Positions 17,570 through 27,095 are shown, counted from the first letter of the stretch. The stretch is DNA of 50,650 nt from a virus (IMGVR_UViG_3300034682_000034:1-50650); one strand, 5' to 3'. Numbers and translations: made by a program. The notes: generated by a model not told the origin, from the letters alone.

Positions 17570-19555
17570 TTAACGAACAGGGCAAGCACCTGTAGCACAG
17601 TCTTCCTGAATCTCAGCATCAATCATGTTGCCAGCATCCAAATTAACAGGCTGTAGGTTCTTGACATATTCATCGTAAACTTCTTTCGTTACGACTTCTT
17701 GTGGGAGATAGAGGTAACCCAAATCTTTTGCGGTCTTAGTAGGATCAGCGCGATAGAGGAACGACACTCCGACATAAACATCCCAATTGTCCAAGAGCCA
17801 ATGGATAATTCCATCAACTTCGTCGGGCGAATAGTAGATTGTAGCTGAAACATTCTGCTGACACCAATTCTGCATGTAAAGCTTGTAACGTTCCAATTGA
17901 GAAATTGCAGTTTCAAGATTTACCTCAACCTTCTTACCATCACGTTCATAAGACTCGAACGGAACATCTTTGTACTCAACTGGTAGAGTGACAATAACAG
18001 CATCGGGATCAGCCGGATTGTCAAATACCCGGTAACCAGCAGTACGACACAGACCAACCAGAGGGTCATGCTTACTGAGATTGATGTTGTTAAAGACATA
18101 TCGGCCAAGTGGTTTATGTACGCCCTCAGTCGTGTCCATGATCTTTGAGAGTGTTCCAGAAGGTTTAACAGTTGTGACATTTTTAGGTTTCGGTGTACCA
18201 AGTTCTTCAGCCATGCTATATGCACCAGCAACAGCAACACGTTGAAGCTCTTGCAAGTCATATGCCTTAAGGTCAGGACGTGTAGCAATACCTGTCAGAC
18301 CAACACCACACAGACGCAAGAATTCATTGTTAAGGTGCCAAGCTTCTTGCAACATACCATCCAACAAGTTAACACAAGTTTGACGATAGTTTGCTCGTGC
18401 TGCAATGGTGATAGCACGACGAAGACCAGCAGAGTCACCCTTGAACTTACTCAGATCAGTCTCTGTCAGATTACAGAATGCCTTATTACCAAGCAAGATT
18501 TCTACACAAGGATTGCAACCCTTAAACCATGGAGCACGTTTACGAGCAGCTTGTGCATTAATAAACCCAGGCTCAGAACCACCTGCTTCCTGCATCAGAC
18601 CAAAGATGTACTGAAGTTCTTTCACAGTTGGTTTTTGGTTGAACAAGAGAGAGTTATTGCTTTGGGCTCGTTGAGGATTCTGTTCCCACCAATTACGCTT
18701 TGCTACTGCGAACTCTTCCCATTCATCTTCTCCATATTCAAAGATTGCGATTTCCGCAGATCGGCGAGAAGAAAGAACAGTCCCCAACCAATTAGCAAGG
18801 TCAAGAATGTCAATGCGAGTGAGGAGAGAGTCAGCACGACGATTGAAGAGGTGTGCAATGTGCTCCATAGCACGTGCAAGAGCAGCGTCACCTGAGCTAA
18901 TCCAACCATAGCCCCGCAGACGTTCACCAGCAGGTCTGATTTGGGATAGATCAATAACGAGTTTAGTTGCTGGGTACTTGTGTGCCACAAGCTTACCAAC
19001 TGCTTTACACCATGCTTCAGCCGAGTCACCAACTTGGATTGTCCAAACACCATTTTCATAAGTTTCCACATTATGTTCAACACCACCCTTAGTAGTGCGT
19101 GTAGAACGGATGATTTGAATATCTTCCAATGGTTTCTTAAAACCAGTCAGTTGACCAACAACAGGTTTAAAGCCTACACCGCAACCTTGCATCAGAAGCC
19201 ACAGAGCATCAACTACATCATACACACTTTCAATCTCTGTAAATGCACAGTTGAATTGAGAAGCTTCTCGTGTCTTAGCTACGTCAGTACCACCAAGCCA
19301 CAGTGTACGCCCAGAGGTGAGAACCTTACGCTCCAGCATTAGAGCACGAAGTTCTTCTAGTTCAGCAAGTTGTACAGGGGTGAGTTCAGCCTTCAGTTGA
19401 CGTTCCCACAGCCATCGTTGATGGCCAATAACACGGTCAATTGTTTGCTCCCAAGTTTCAAACACTGTACCTTCTTGATTAAGAGGTCTATTGTAGGTTC
19501 TACGAATCAGGAAATCAGATCGGAAGGAAAATTTCTTTTGTTCTTGTTGTGTCAT
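17570..19555 (-). CDS. nrdJ: Ribonucleotide reductase, probably class II (B12-dependent)
   Basis: 661 aa with FNCAF, GCNPCVEILL..FCNL and a C-terminal Cys pair (CATGACPVR). The complete genome has no NrdB-like or glycyl-radical partner. Confidence 0.8.
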   Translation of the reverse strand: MTQQEQKKFSFRSDFLIRRTYNRPLNQEGTVFETWEQTIDRVIGHQRWLWERQLKAELTPVQLAELEELRALMLERKVLTSGRTLWLGGTDVAKTREASQFNCAFTEIESVYDVVDALWLLMQGCGVGFKPVVGQLTGFKKPLEDIQIIRSTRTTKGGVEHNVETYENGVWTIQVGDSAEAWCKAVGKLVAHKYPATKLVIDLSQIRPAGERLRGYGWISSGDAALARAMEHIAHLFNRRADSLLTRIDILDLANWLGTVLSSRRSAEIAIFEYGEDEWEEFAVAKRNWWEQNPQRAQSNNSLLFNQKPTVKELQYIFGLMQEAGGSEPGFINAQAARKRAPWFKGCNPCVEILLGNKAFCNLTETDLSKFKGDSAGLRRAITIAARANYRQTCVNLLDGMLQEAWHLNNEFLRLCGVGLTGIATRPDLKAYDLQELQRVAVAGAYSMAEELGTPKPKNVTTVKPSGTLSKIMDTTEGVHKPLGRYVFNNINLSKHDPLVGLCRTAGYRVFDNPADPDAVIVTLPVEYKDVPFESYERDGKKVEVNLETAISQLERYKLYMQNWCQQNVSATIYYSPDEVDGIIHWLLDNWDVYVGVSFLYRADPTKTAKDLGYLYLPQEVVTKEVYDEYVKNLQPVNLDAGNMIDAEIQEDCATGACPVR

Positions 19556-19558
19556 AAA

Positions 19559-19921
19559 TTACTGTTCTTTTACAAAGCGACCATCAATCATAGTCCCTTT
19601 TCTATCTTTAATCTTTTTATACGCCAAATCCAAACATTCAACCATATCGAGTCCACGAAGTCTAGCAATCTGGATGCAAACAACCAGAATATCACCAAAC
19701 TCCAACTTAGCTTCTTCTTCAGTTGTTGCATCACGGAATTCATAAACTTCCTCAATCAGTTTTGGAATTTGTGTGTAGCTTGTAGCACCACCCTCTGCTG
19801 TAATGTTACGGTCTTCGGCCCATTTACAGATGTCCCAGATAAGCTGGGGCAGGTCTACATCGTGCATCTCCATCAGGAAGGTCATTTCTTCATGAGATTT
19901 ATTTTGATCTTTAATAGTCAT
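19559..19921 (-). CDS. mazG: MazG-like nucleoside triphosphate pyrophosphohydrolase
   Basis: KLIEEVYEFRDA ... EFGDILVVCIQIA (EExxE/D all-alpha NTP-PPase pattern). Confidence 0.7.
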   Translation of the reverse strand: MTIKDQNKSHEEMTFLMEMHDVDLPQLIWDICKWAEDRNITAEGGATSYTQIPKLIEEVYEFRDATTEEEAKLEFGDILVVCIQIARLRGLDMVECLDLAYKKIKDRKGTMIDGRFVKEQ

Positions 19922-20051
19922 GTCTACCTTTCAACTCATTCAACAGGTCTGCAAAATCACGAAGAATTTTTATAGACTTACTCAATCCATATTGGATCAA
20001 CAAACCAACCCCAACCAATAGAGTGCTCAAGTAGAAAAAGGGGTACGCCAT
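19911..20051 (-). CDS. Possible 46-aa single-TM protein (below the ORF-track cutoff)
   Basis: Hand translation gives MAYPFFYLSTLLVGVGLLIQYGLSKSIKILRDFADLLNELKGRHDY. It fills the gap and overlaps the mazG start by 11 nt. No clear RBS. Confidence 0.3.
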   Translation of the reverse strand: MAYPFFYLSTLLVGVGLLIQYGLSKSIKILRDFADLLNELKGRHDY

Positions 20052-20064
20052 AATCTGTCTAATT

Positions 20065-20835
20065 TTAGTAATCATACTTAGCCTTCAGATAACGCATAGG
20101 GAGAAGGTTCAAATCAAACTGACCATTTTCACAACCATGCAACATCAATGCACCACGCCAGTGATTATTACCTTGCGACCCGAGATACTCTTCGTCATGT
20201 AGGTAGAACGATCCAGCAATGATACTAGTGAGGAGAGTTCCATCTGCTCGCTTACCTGTTGCGATTTGTAGACCTTGTTGGTGTCCGGCGATACAAGAAT
20301 TATGTGTCTTGTTGAGCTGTGCATTGGCTGTCGAAGCCGGCCTACCAGCGGTTCCTGAGACAAAATAATGACTGAAGCTGATTCCTTGTAGATTAATCAC
20401 TTCCAGAAACGGGTGAACATCCCAACCATAGCGTTCATAATCCAAGTCCTCAATACCAATTGTCCCATCGAGCTTCGGATCATCGTTTACAGCACGAGCA
20501 ACACGGTTCTCGTGGTTCCCAAGAGTCAGGTGCATTTCAGGGAAATACACACGTTTCTTATTCCGGGCTTGCTGATGTTGAAGGGTCCAGAGAGGGGAGA
20601 GAAGAACTTCCATAGCTCGATGAGAAGCTTCAATGTCAGCACGATAACGGCGTCCCTCAAAGCTCTTTTTGCCAATATCATAGCTGCTCAGGCTTGCCAT
20701 ATCAGCAAAATCACCACCATTCACAATAATGTCTGGTTGTTTCTTGACAATATAGTTACCAAGCCAGCGAAGATGATCTACAGGAGTATTGGGTTTTACC
20801 TGAGCGTCAGGGATATAGAGAATAGATTTAGTCAT
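20065..20835 (-). CDS. Calcineurin-like metallophosphoesterase / protein phosphatase-like
   Basis: Motifs GGDFADM and LTLGNHENR. Confidence 0.7.
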   Translation of the reverse strand: MTKSILYIPDAQVKPNTPVDHLRWLGNYIVKKQPDIIVNGGDFADMASLSSYDIGKKSFEGRRYRADIEASHRAMEVLLSPLWTLQHQQARNKKRVYFPEMHLTLGNHENRVARAVNDDPKLDGTIGIEDLDYERYGWDVHPFLEVINLQGISFSHYFVSGTAGRPASTANAQLNKTHNSCIAGHQQGLQIATGKRADGTLLTSIIAGSFYLHDEEYLGSQGNNHWRGALMLHGCENGQFDLNLLPMRYLKAKYDY

Positions 20836-20838
20836 GTA

Positions 20839-21726
20839 TTAAATAGTTTGTCGAAGTTGCACCCAGCCACGCATGTTTGCTGACCAGTACCTACCATTAC
20901 TGTCCATGTGTGTTGCCCCATAAGGGAATTCGGTATCTTCACGATTAGTTGAATACTCCATAGGAGAACATTGATGCTCTACGGGGCTTAAATGAGGCTT
21001 AGGTCCAGAGAACAATTTGTCATAGATTTCCAGAGCCTTCTCGATAGAAGTGTCTAGCTTACGATAGGATACTTGAGCACAGCAGGAAGCAGAGATTTTC
21101 TTGGCAGTCTCTACATCTAGTGAAACCCAATTTTCTGTATCACCAACTCGGTACTGAACATCGCCGTTTGGGAACAACAGTGTTTGCACATAAGGGAGGT
21201 GCCACATACCAGGGTACAGACGTGAGGGCTGGGAAGCGTCCATAGCCTCTTTCATCTTAGTAGCAAGCTCTACAATTTCCGGTTGTGCTGCTTCTGGGTC
21301 GATCCGTAGCCAGAAGAAATTGTCCCACTCTGTTGCAGTGACAACAACTTTAATTGGAGAGAACCATTCGAGACAGCGATTTGCCCATTGTTTGTGCAAA
21401 CCTTCTGCAGACATTCTTTCAGCAAAATCTCTGCAATAACGAACCAATGCATGCCAGTAATACTCGCAAGCTTTTTGATTTTCTTCATCGAGAACCTCCT
21501 TTGAGGACATTCCTGCTTGATTCTTTCCCCATACAATGGGGGTGATGTATTCAAGTTTAAGAGATTTTGATACAGGTACAGCACGGCTAGATTGAGCGTT
21601 TCGAGAGAACATCCGGTGAGTCATCAACTCGGCATGGATGAATCGTGGGTATTCCAGTTCAAAGGTAGTAAGTCGGATACCTTCTGGGCTGATTGAGTCA
21701 GCAATAATATTAGCTGTGATTGTCAC
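20839..21726 (-). CDS. thyX: FAD-dependent thymidylate synthase
   Basis: ThyX signature THRMFSRNAQSSRAV (RHRxxSxxxxSxR type). Confidence 0.85.
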   Translation of the reverse strand: MTITANIIADSISPEGIRLTTFELEYPRFIHAELMTHRMFSRNAQSSRAVPVSKSLKLEYITPIVWGKNQAGMSSKEVLDEENQKACEYYWHALVRYCRDFAERMSAEGLHKQWANRCLEWFSPIKVVVTATEWDNFFWLRIDPEAAQPEIVELATKMKEAMDASQPSRLYPGMWHLPYVQTLLFPNGDVQYRVGDTENWVSLDVETAKKISASCCAQVSYRKLDTSIEKALEIYDKLFSGPKPHLSPVEHQCSPMEYSTNREDTEFPYGATHMDSNGRYWSANMRGWVQLRQTI

Positions 21727-21958
21727 TCTCTTGTTCCTTTAGTTTCTGTTTCAGATAGCACGCCAAATCAAGAACCTCTTCGTAAGCATCTTTCAATGCA
21801 TTACGACCATTATTGGCTTGCAGGATTGTGCCGTACTTTTCCAAACCCATTTGCTTACGGCTCAGTATGTCTTGAATTACAAGATCATGAATGCTCTCTC
21901 CGTTGTTAGGTTCTGGAGCAGGTTCACCCCAAACTAATAGCCAGGGCTTATCCGTCAC
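21710..21958 (-). CDS. Small protein, possibly an all-alpha NTP pyrophosphohydrolase-like domain
   Basis: The segment KYGTILQANNGRNALKDAYEEVLDLACYL resembles phage dNTP diphosphohydrolase N-domains, from memory. Confidence 0.45.
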   Translation of the reverse strand: MTDKPWLLVWGEPAPEPNNGESIHDLVIQDILSRKQMGLEKYGTILQANNGRNALKDAYEEVLDLACYLKQKLKEQESDNHS

Positions 21959-22209
21959 TGTGTCACCGCTTTCTTCTGGTCAAAATAGGACTCTAGACCA
22001 TCATAAACAGCCTTGCGTTCATCTTCAGGGATTAGACTAAAATAGCCATAAGTCAACATGCCACACTTAGCAGTTGGTTGTTTATTACTACCTAGATGAT
22101 CCTCCATAATGTTCTTCAACGTTGCAACACGATTACGTGTACGCAAATCAGAATCTTCAATATCGTTGAACAGGGAGTAGCCAAAGTATTCGTTATTATT
22201 GTTTTGCAT
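21955..22209 (-). CDS. Hypothetical protein
   Basis: 84-aa ORF coupled to its neighbours. Confidence 0.5.
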   Translation of the reverse strand: MQNNNNEYFGYSLFNDIEDSDLRTRNRVATLKNIMEDHLGSNKQPTAKCGMLTYGYFSLIPEDERKAVYDGLESYFDQKKAVTQ

Positions 22210-22585
22210 TATATTTCTTTCGCAGAATATTTTCCTCAGCAGTCACTAATTTGTGACAGCCTTTACACAGAGCTTCCAGACCATCTTGTTCACAGAACAA
22301 TCGTTCAATTACGTTGTCCCAAGAATCAAACCCTTCAACGGGAACGACTGGAATAATATGGTTAATCTCAATTTCTTTTTGTGGGAATAGATTGTGGCAA
22401 TGAGCACATTCAAAATGTTTTGCCATCCTACCTGTTTTCTCGTTGATCTTTACGCATCTGAATGCGAGATTCAGACATGAATAACGAGGTTCCCACCTTA
22501 CGGATGCTGTTCTAAGTGAACTCTTTACAAACGAGTTAAATCTGCTTTGTGTCCACTTACCGCCATTGTATTTATCCCTTTTCAA
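22196..22585 (-). CDS. HNH endonuclease
   Basis: CAHCHNLFPQKEIEINHIIPV ... LCKGCHKLVT. Confidence 0.75.
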   Translation of the reverse strand: MKRDKYNGGKWTQSRFNSFVKSSLRTASVRWEPRYSCLNLAFRCVKINEKTGRMAKHFECAHCHNLFPQKEIEINHIIPVVPVEGFDSWDNVIERLFCEQDGLEALCKGCHKLVTAEENILRKKYNAKQ

Positions 22586-23447
22586 TAATCTCCCCTGTTT
22601 TCACATCCATCCATTGCTGAGCACTGATGAAAGGGTTCCACAATTTAACTTGTGTAAAATCTTCATCAACATCTTCAGCCATTCTAAGGAGATTGCCAGT
22701 TTCTAGGAATCTGTCAACAGCCTTATTATCAAAGGCTTTGACATAAACACCGAATGTTGTAGCTTGGAGCTGATCAATTGTTTCTAACGGAGATAGCAGA
22801 GTGAATGCAGTCACATTACCCATTCCGTCAATACCCTCGATACAGTCTGTACGGTCCCCCATCAACATCTGTGCATAAAAGTATTTCTCACCACCACCAA
22901 GAAGTTTAGTTCCTTTAGGTTTACGAATCAGTTTAAGAAAGCCTAGCTGATCAATAACCATAGGCCCAAATGCAGGTTGATGGCCTAGCTCCCAACCATA
23001 ATGAGTTCCTGGAATTTGATGTAGGTCTTTATCCCGAGAAGCACAGATGTACTTACCTGGGTTTTTCAACATCTTCAGTTTAATCAAGTCATCAGCTTCA
23101 AACCAATCTTGTTGTTCCCACTCATACCGACTTTGCAGATATGCCTTGACATTTTTGTAATGGAAGGGTCTGCTGGTTTCACGGTTTTTATATTCATTTG
23201 TTTTTGCTAAGTGGTTTCGATAGTTGTTCTTACCAGTGAAGAAGAGGAGAGGTTTCTCCCCTCCAGCCTCTTCACAGATTTGCTCTAATCGACCTAGCAA
23301 CATCTCCTCAACCACATCGAATGGGGGAGGTCCTTCGACCTCTTTACCCATTTCTTTGTGTCTATATTTCCAATATGCTTCAGCAGCAAAAGCTACTTCA
23401 TACTGGAGGATATCGGCGTCTACTGCTACGTCCATGCGGATTACCAA
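22572..23447 (-). CDS. 5'-3' exonuclease / flap endonuclease
   Basis: ASRDKDLHQIPG and MGDRTDCIEGIDGMGNVTAFTLL (H3TH-like). Confidence 0.75.
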   Translation of the reverse strand: MVIRMDVAVDADILQYEVAFAAEAYWKYRHKEMGKEVEGPPPFDVVEEMLLGRLEQICEEAGGEKPLLFFTGKNNYRNHLAKTNEYKNRETSRPFHYKNVKAYLQSRYEWEQQDWFEADDLIKLKMLKNPGKYICASRDKDLHQIPGTHYGWELGHQPAFGPMVIDQLGFLKLIRKPKGTKLLGGGEKYFYAQMLMGDRTDCIEGIDGMGNVTAFTLLSPLETIDQLQATTFGVYVKAFDNKAVDRFLETGNLLRMAEDVDEDFTQVKLWNPFISAQQWMDVKTGEIIEKG

Positions 23448-24115
23448 GGCATGTCATCGTCAGGTGTGTCATCCACAGGTTCTGCTTCCTGCTTAGGGGC
23501 TTGCTTCTCTGGAACAGAGAAACCACCCAACAGACGTTCCAGTTCAGAGCCTGGGAAGTCAATAGATGCCTTAATGTCATCTTGGATGAACTTAGGAATC
23601 TTATTGAAATACTCCAGATTAGGTTCGCTAGGGTCAAAGAAGAACCCTTCATTAACCAGATCAGGAATCTTGGCAATATCCCGTGGACGAACAGCAGTTA
23701 CACCACCAACATTGTCATAAACCTTACCACCCTTTGCATTGTTCACAACAGTGACACTGACAGGCATACCCACCAATTGAGACCAATCTCCATCAAACTT
23801 CAGCGTAGGGTCAATACCCTTATAACGCATGGTGCTCTTGGCATTCTCTTGTGTGATTGGGCTTAGATTGAAACTTTCAGTAATCCAGCGTGGCTTACCC
23901 TCCATTTCATCACCATTCTCATCAACCATGTATGCATCAACCAATTCATAAACAACCCAGATTTTCAGTTTGGGAGCTTTGACTTCGCCTTGAAAGACGA
24001 CAGGATGACGACCTGCTCCATAAACACGAGCAACTCGTGCTGGATAGGAACCGGGTTCCAGATTAGGTTGTGCTGCAAAATTAGTTTTTTCTTGTTTTGG
24101 TGCTCGTAGAGACAT
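23441..24115 (-). CDS. ssDNA-binding protein, T7 gp2.5-like (putative)
   Basis: 224 aa with an acidic C-terminal tail ending in an aromatic residue (EPVDDTPDDDMPW). It sits in the replication module. Confidence 0.5.
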   Translation of the reverse strand: MSLRAPKQEKTNFAAQPNLEPGSYPARVARVYGAGRHPVVFQGEVKAPKLKIWVVYELVDAYMVDENGDEMEGKPRWITESFNLSPITQENAKSTMRYKGIDPTLKFDGDWSQLVGMPVSVTVVNNAKGGKVYDNVGGVTAVRPRDIAKIPDLVNEGFFFDPSEPNLEYFNKIPKFIQDDIKASIDFPGSELERLLGGFSVPEKQAPKQEAEPVDDTPDDDMPW

Positions 24116-24137
24116 ATTTATTTTCTTTATTGATTAA

Positions 24138-24338
24138 TTATTGTGTTACTCGTGTAACTTGCTTGATGAAACGACCACGATTATCACGATAAACTGTGAT
24201 TGTTTCGATGCCATTTTTCAGACATGTTTGACTTTTGTGGAACATCATGTCGCCATATTCATTGCGATATTGTCCACGCTCACCTGCCATCACACGACGA
24301 CCCTTCAGTTTCCAACCATTAAATGTATTGTAGCTCAT
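24138..24338 (-). CDS. Hypothetical small protein
   Basis: 66 aa. YNTFNGWKLKGRRVMAGERG is reminiscent of the ArdC N-terminal ssDNA-binding motif (weak). Confidence 0.5.
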   Translation of the reverse strand: MSYNTFNGWKLKGRRVMAGERGQYRNEYGDMMFHKSQTCLKNGIETITVYRDNRGRFIKQVTRVTQ

Positions 24339-24339
24339 A

Positions 24340-24498
24340 TTAAACTTTCTTAGAGGCTTGATAATCGCAAATATAGTATTGGTCTACAGGGAATCCTTCT
24401 TGAAGGGCTTCCAGAGTTACGTGTTCGGCATCATAGACACCTACAACACAATCCCAACCGAGTTAAAAACCCGTCACAACATAAACTTTCTTATCCAT
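24340..24498 (-). pseudogene. Small gene interrupted by an in-frame TAA (codon 12 of 52)
   Basis: Hand translation gives MDKKVYVVTGF*LGWDCVVGVYDAEHVTLEALQEGFPVDQYYICDYQASKKV*. The ATG overlaps the polA stop (TAATG), and the final stop abuts the next ATG. There is no start codon after the TAA. Confidence 0.4.
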
Positions 24499-26384
24499 TA
24501 ATGTACCTCATACCAGCTTCCGCCGACTTTACCGTCACCCTTGTGAGGGCAAACGATCTTAAAAAACTTACCAGCCCAGACAATTGATTCTTCAGAAATA
24601 CGTTGCACTTCCTCAGCAATATCTGGATCACATTCAATTGTATATTCATCATGGTACCAGCACACAAACCCCCATTGTTTACCCCATTCAAATCGCTTAG
24701 AAAGCTCTGTGAACGTGCGAATGTAGGCTGCGGTCATCATGATAGCTTCGTCACTTTGAAGCTCATACACAAGCAACTGGTGCTCGTATGGAACCTTAAC
24801 AGGTCTACCATCTAATCCGATGATATATCCATCATAATATTCCATCTTACCCCATTTAGAATTCCATCGTTTCTTGGCAGTTGAACGCCATTGCAACAAT
24901 AAACTCTCCATGTGAGCACCTAAACCATCAAACCCTCGATACAACCTAGCTCGAATGTCAGCACCTTCTCCTGGCTTCTTGGCAGTTTTCCCAAGTTTAG
25001 GATCACCACCTCCAAACAAAAGACAATACATCACGTTCTTAGCAATATCTCGGCTTTCAAGCTCTGCAATTTTACGTGTTAATGAGTGTAGATCAGTTCC
25101 GAGTTCCTTCTTACCAGTTACGATTGCTCGAATATACTCCTCGCTACCCATGCGGCCACCTAACATTCGCAGTTGACAGGAATCAGAGTCAGTCGATACC
25201 AACACTTTACCGTTACGTGCTACGAACAAGGCTCGCATTCGCTTACCTAGATAACTAGATGCTTTAGGAATATTGACGATATTACGATGAATAGCTCTGC
25301 TAGTTTCAGCCAAATTAGAGACTACTGAAGGGATAGCACCATCGTCTCTAACAAGTGTTAGCAAACCTCTAACGATACTTTGCCTTTGCCGTGTTTGCAC
25401 ACGTTTAGCAATAAGCCTACCCAAACTACCTTGAATGCCTTCAAACGGATCGTCTTTAGACATTTTAGGAGAAGTTCGCTCACCCGCATCGTTAGTGTTC
25501 CATTCAATCGGCTCCCAACCTAAATTTAGCAGGTAAGTCTTAGTTTCATCATTAGAGTTTAAATCTACAGGACGGAAACTAACACGGCTATAAGGCCCGC
25601 CAACAATACGATTGGATATAACTTCACTGTCAGCACCCCAATACCGGAGGACATGTTGGTTATAATTCCCAGATTTAAGGAACGGTTCTTTAACATATTT
25701 ATATTCACCGTTTATTTTTGTTTCTTGCACCTCCAAGACTAAAGGAAGATTGGGAGAGATTGCTCGATCAATACGTTCAATACGTTTATCTAGGAACTGG
25801 ATAAGATTTTCTGCCTCTATAGAGTCAAATTTCCATCCGTACTCTTCTTGCTTTTGCAAGCATTCAAAGAGTTTGAATGTCATTTTAAATGCATTCGTCC
25901 AGTTCTTACCCTCTGCCTCTTTCATCAACATGTGGTAAGTTTTCACATTGATGAGTGTATCTTCCAAACAGCGATGTTGAATCGCATCTGAGTGAACTTC
26001 CCAATCATCATTTTCTGGCTTATCTACCCCACACCTAACACCCCAAGCATAAAGACTATGAGGTCCAGCCTTACGATCTTTGGCATTAGGGGGGAGTAGT
26101 CTCTTTGGATTGAGTAGCCGAGACATGATAAGCGTATCTACTTTCGTGCCCTTATATGTATACCCCAACACTTTTTGCAGCATGGGAAAATCATAACCGA
26201 TGATATTGTGTCCAATCACAACATCCACTGTATCAAGATACGCTGGGAGTTTTCCAATATTCAAGGGAGTGAATTGTGCAACAACTTCTTCAGCAAGATT
26301 TCTGAAAACTGCACAGTGAAGCTTCGTAACTGTGGGTAACAGTCCATCTGCTTCAGCATCCATCACTTGAACATTTCTTCTCAT
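24498..26384 (-). CDS. DNA polymerase, family A, with 3'-5' exonuclease
   Basis: Exo motifs VMDAEADGL and HNIIGYDFPML. Pol motifs DSDSCQLRML, RDIAKNVMYCLLFGGG and YHDEY. Confidence 0.9.
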   Translation of the reverse strand: MRRNVQVMDAEADGLLPTVTKLHCAVFRNLAEEVVAQFTPLNIGKLPAYLDTVDVVIGHNIIGYDFPMLQKVLGYTYKGTKVDTLIMSRLLNPKRLLPPNAKDRKAGPHSLYAWGVRCGVDKPENDDWEVHSDAIQHRCLEDTLINVKTYHMLMKEAEGKNWTNAFKMTFKLFECLQKQEEYGWKFDSIEAENLIQFLDKRIERIDRAISPNLPLVLEVQETKINGEYKYVKEPFLKSGNYNQHVLRYWGADSEVISNRIVGGPYSRVSFRPVDLNSNDETKTYLLNLGWEPIEWNTNDAGERTSPKMSKDDPFEGIQGSLGRLIAKRVQTRQRQSIVRGLLTLVRDDGAIPSVVSNLAETSRAIHRNIVNIPKASSYLGKRMRALFVARNGKVLVSTDSDSCQLRMLGGRMGSEEYIRAIVTGKKELGTDLHSLTRKIAELESRDIAKNVMYCLLFGGGDPKLGKTAKKPGEGADIRARLYRGFDGLGAHMESLLLQWRSTAKKRWNSKWGKMEYYDGYIIGLDGRPVKVPYEHQLLVYELQSDEAIMMTAAYIRTFTELSKRFEWGKQWGFVCWYHDEYTIECDPDIAEEVQRISEESIVWAGKFFKIVCPHKGDGKVGGSWYEVH

Positions 26385-26866
26385 GTATTATATTTATAGT
26401 CTTTTAGGAATTTATGGCGAAATTGATAAATCATTTTACGGATGTTACCCTGAGTAAACGGGGTTACATGGGAAATCTCTCGCCCTGTATAGCCTCCGAA
26501 AAAATACAATTTCAAAACGATTTGACGATCTTCAGGTTCTTTAGCGATTTCAACTCGCAAAGCTTCTTTCAAATCATCAATACGTGACGTGTCAGCAATC
26601 GAGGTAAAATCGAAATCCTCAATAGGTTCAAAGGTAATACCACGATTTTCTGACAATTGATCACGAAACGCATTCTTGATCAACCCTGCAAACCAAGGCT
26701 CAAACGGTTGAGTTTGATCCCAACGATCAAAATATTTCAATGCTCTGGCATACGCTTCATGCACTACATCTTCAGATGCCTGCTCACTACCAAGAGGTCT
26801 AGTGTAACGCTTAATTAGCTTAGCACTATGTTCTCGGTAGTGCGCCTCTACAACTGTATTACTCAT
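26381..26866 (-). CDS. ECF-like sigma-70 family factor (phage-encoded)
   Basis: Region-2-like EDVVHEAYARALKYFDRWD..FEPWFAGLIKNAFRDQL and region-4-like HTH GYTGREISHVTPFTQGNIRKMIYQFRHKF. Confidence 0.7.
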   Translation of the reverse strand: MSNTVVEAHYREHSAKLIKRYTRPLGSEQASEDVVHEAYARALKYFDRWDQTQPFEPWFAGLIKNAFRDQLSENRGITFEPIEDFDFTSIADTSRIDDLKEALRVEIAKEPEDRQIVLKLYFFGGYTGREISHVTPFTQGNIRKMIYQFRHKFLKDYKYNT

Positions 26867-27095
26867 TATCGATGCTGTTCAGTTCTGCTGCGGAAGGGAT
26901 TTGTTTCTGCCAACCATCGTTACGACGGACTCGACGCTTCATATTCATATCTGTCCATTCATACACAGAATCCTTTTCAGATTTACGTGCAGAAGATCGA
27001 CGATCAGAACGACGGTACAGAGCGCGTTCCTGTACAACTTCCTCACCGATATAATAACGCTTATTACCGTGTAGCTTTTTGAATGTTTTACTCAT
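26859..27095 (-). CDS. Hypothetical basic protein
   Basis: The start is taken at Met31 of the ORF-track entry (MSKTFKKLHGNKRYY...), so it does not overlap the small TM ORF upstream. Confidence 0.5.
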   Translation of the reverse strand: MSKTFKKLHGNKRYYIGEEVVQERALYRRSDRRSSARKSEKDSVYEWTDMNMKRRVRRNDGWQKQIPSAAELNSIDNE

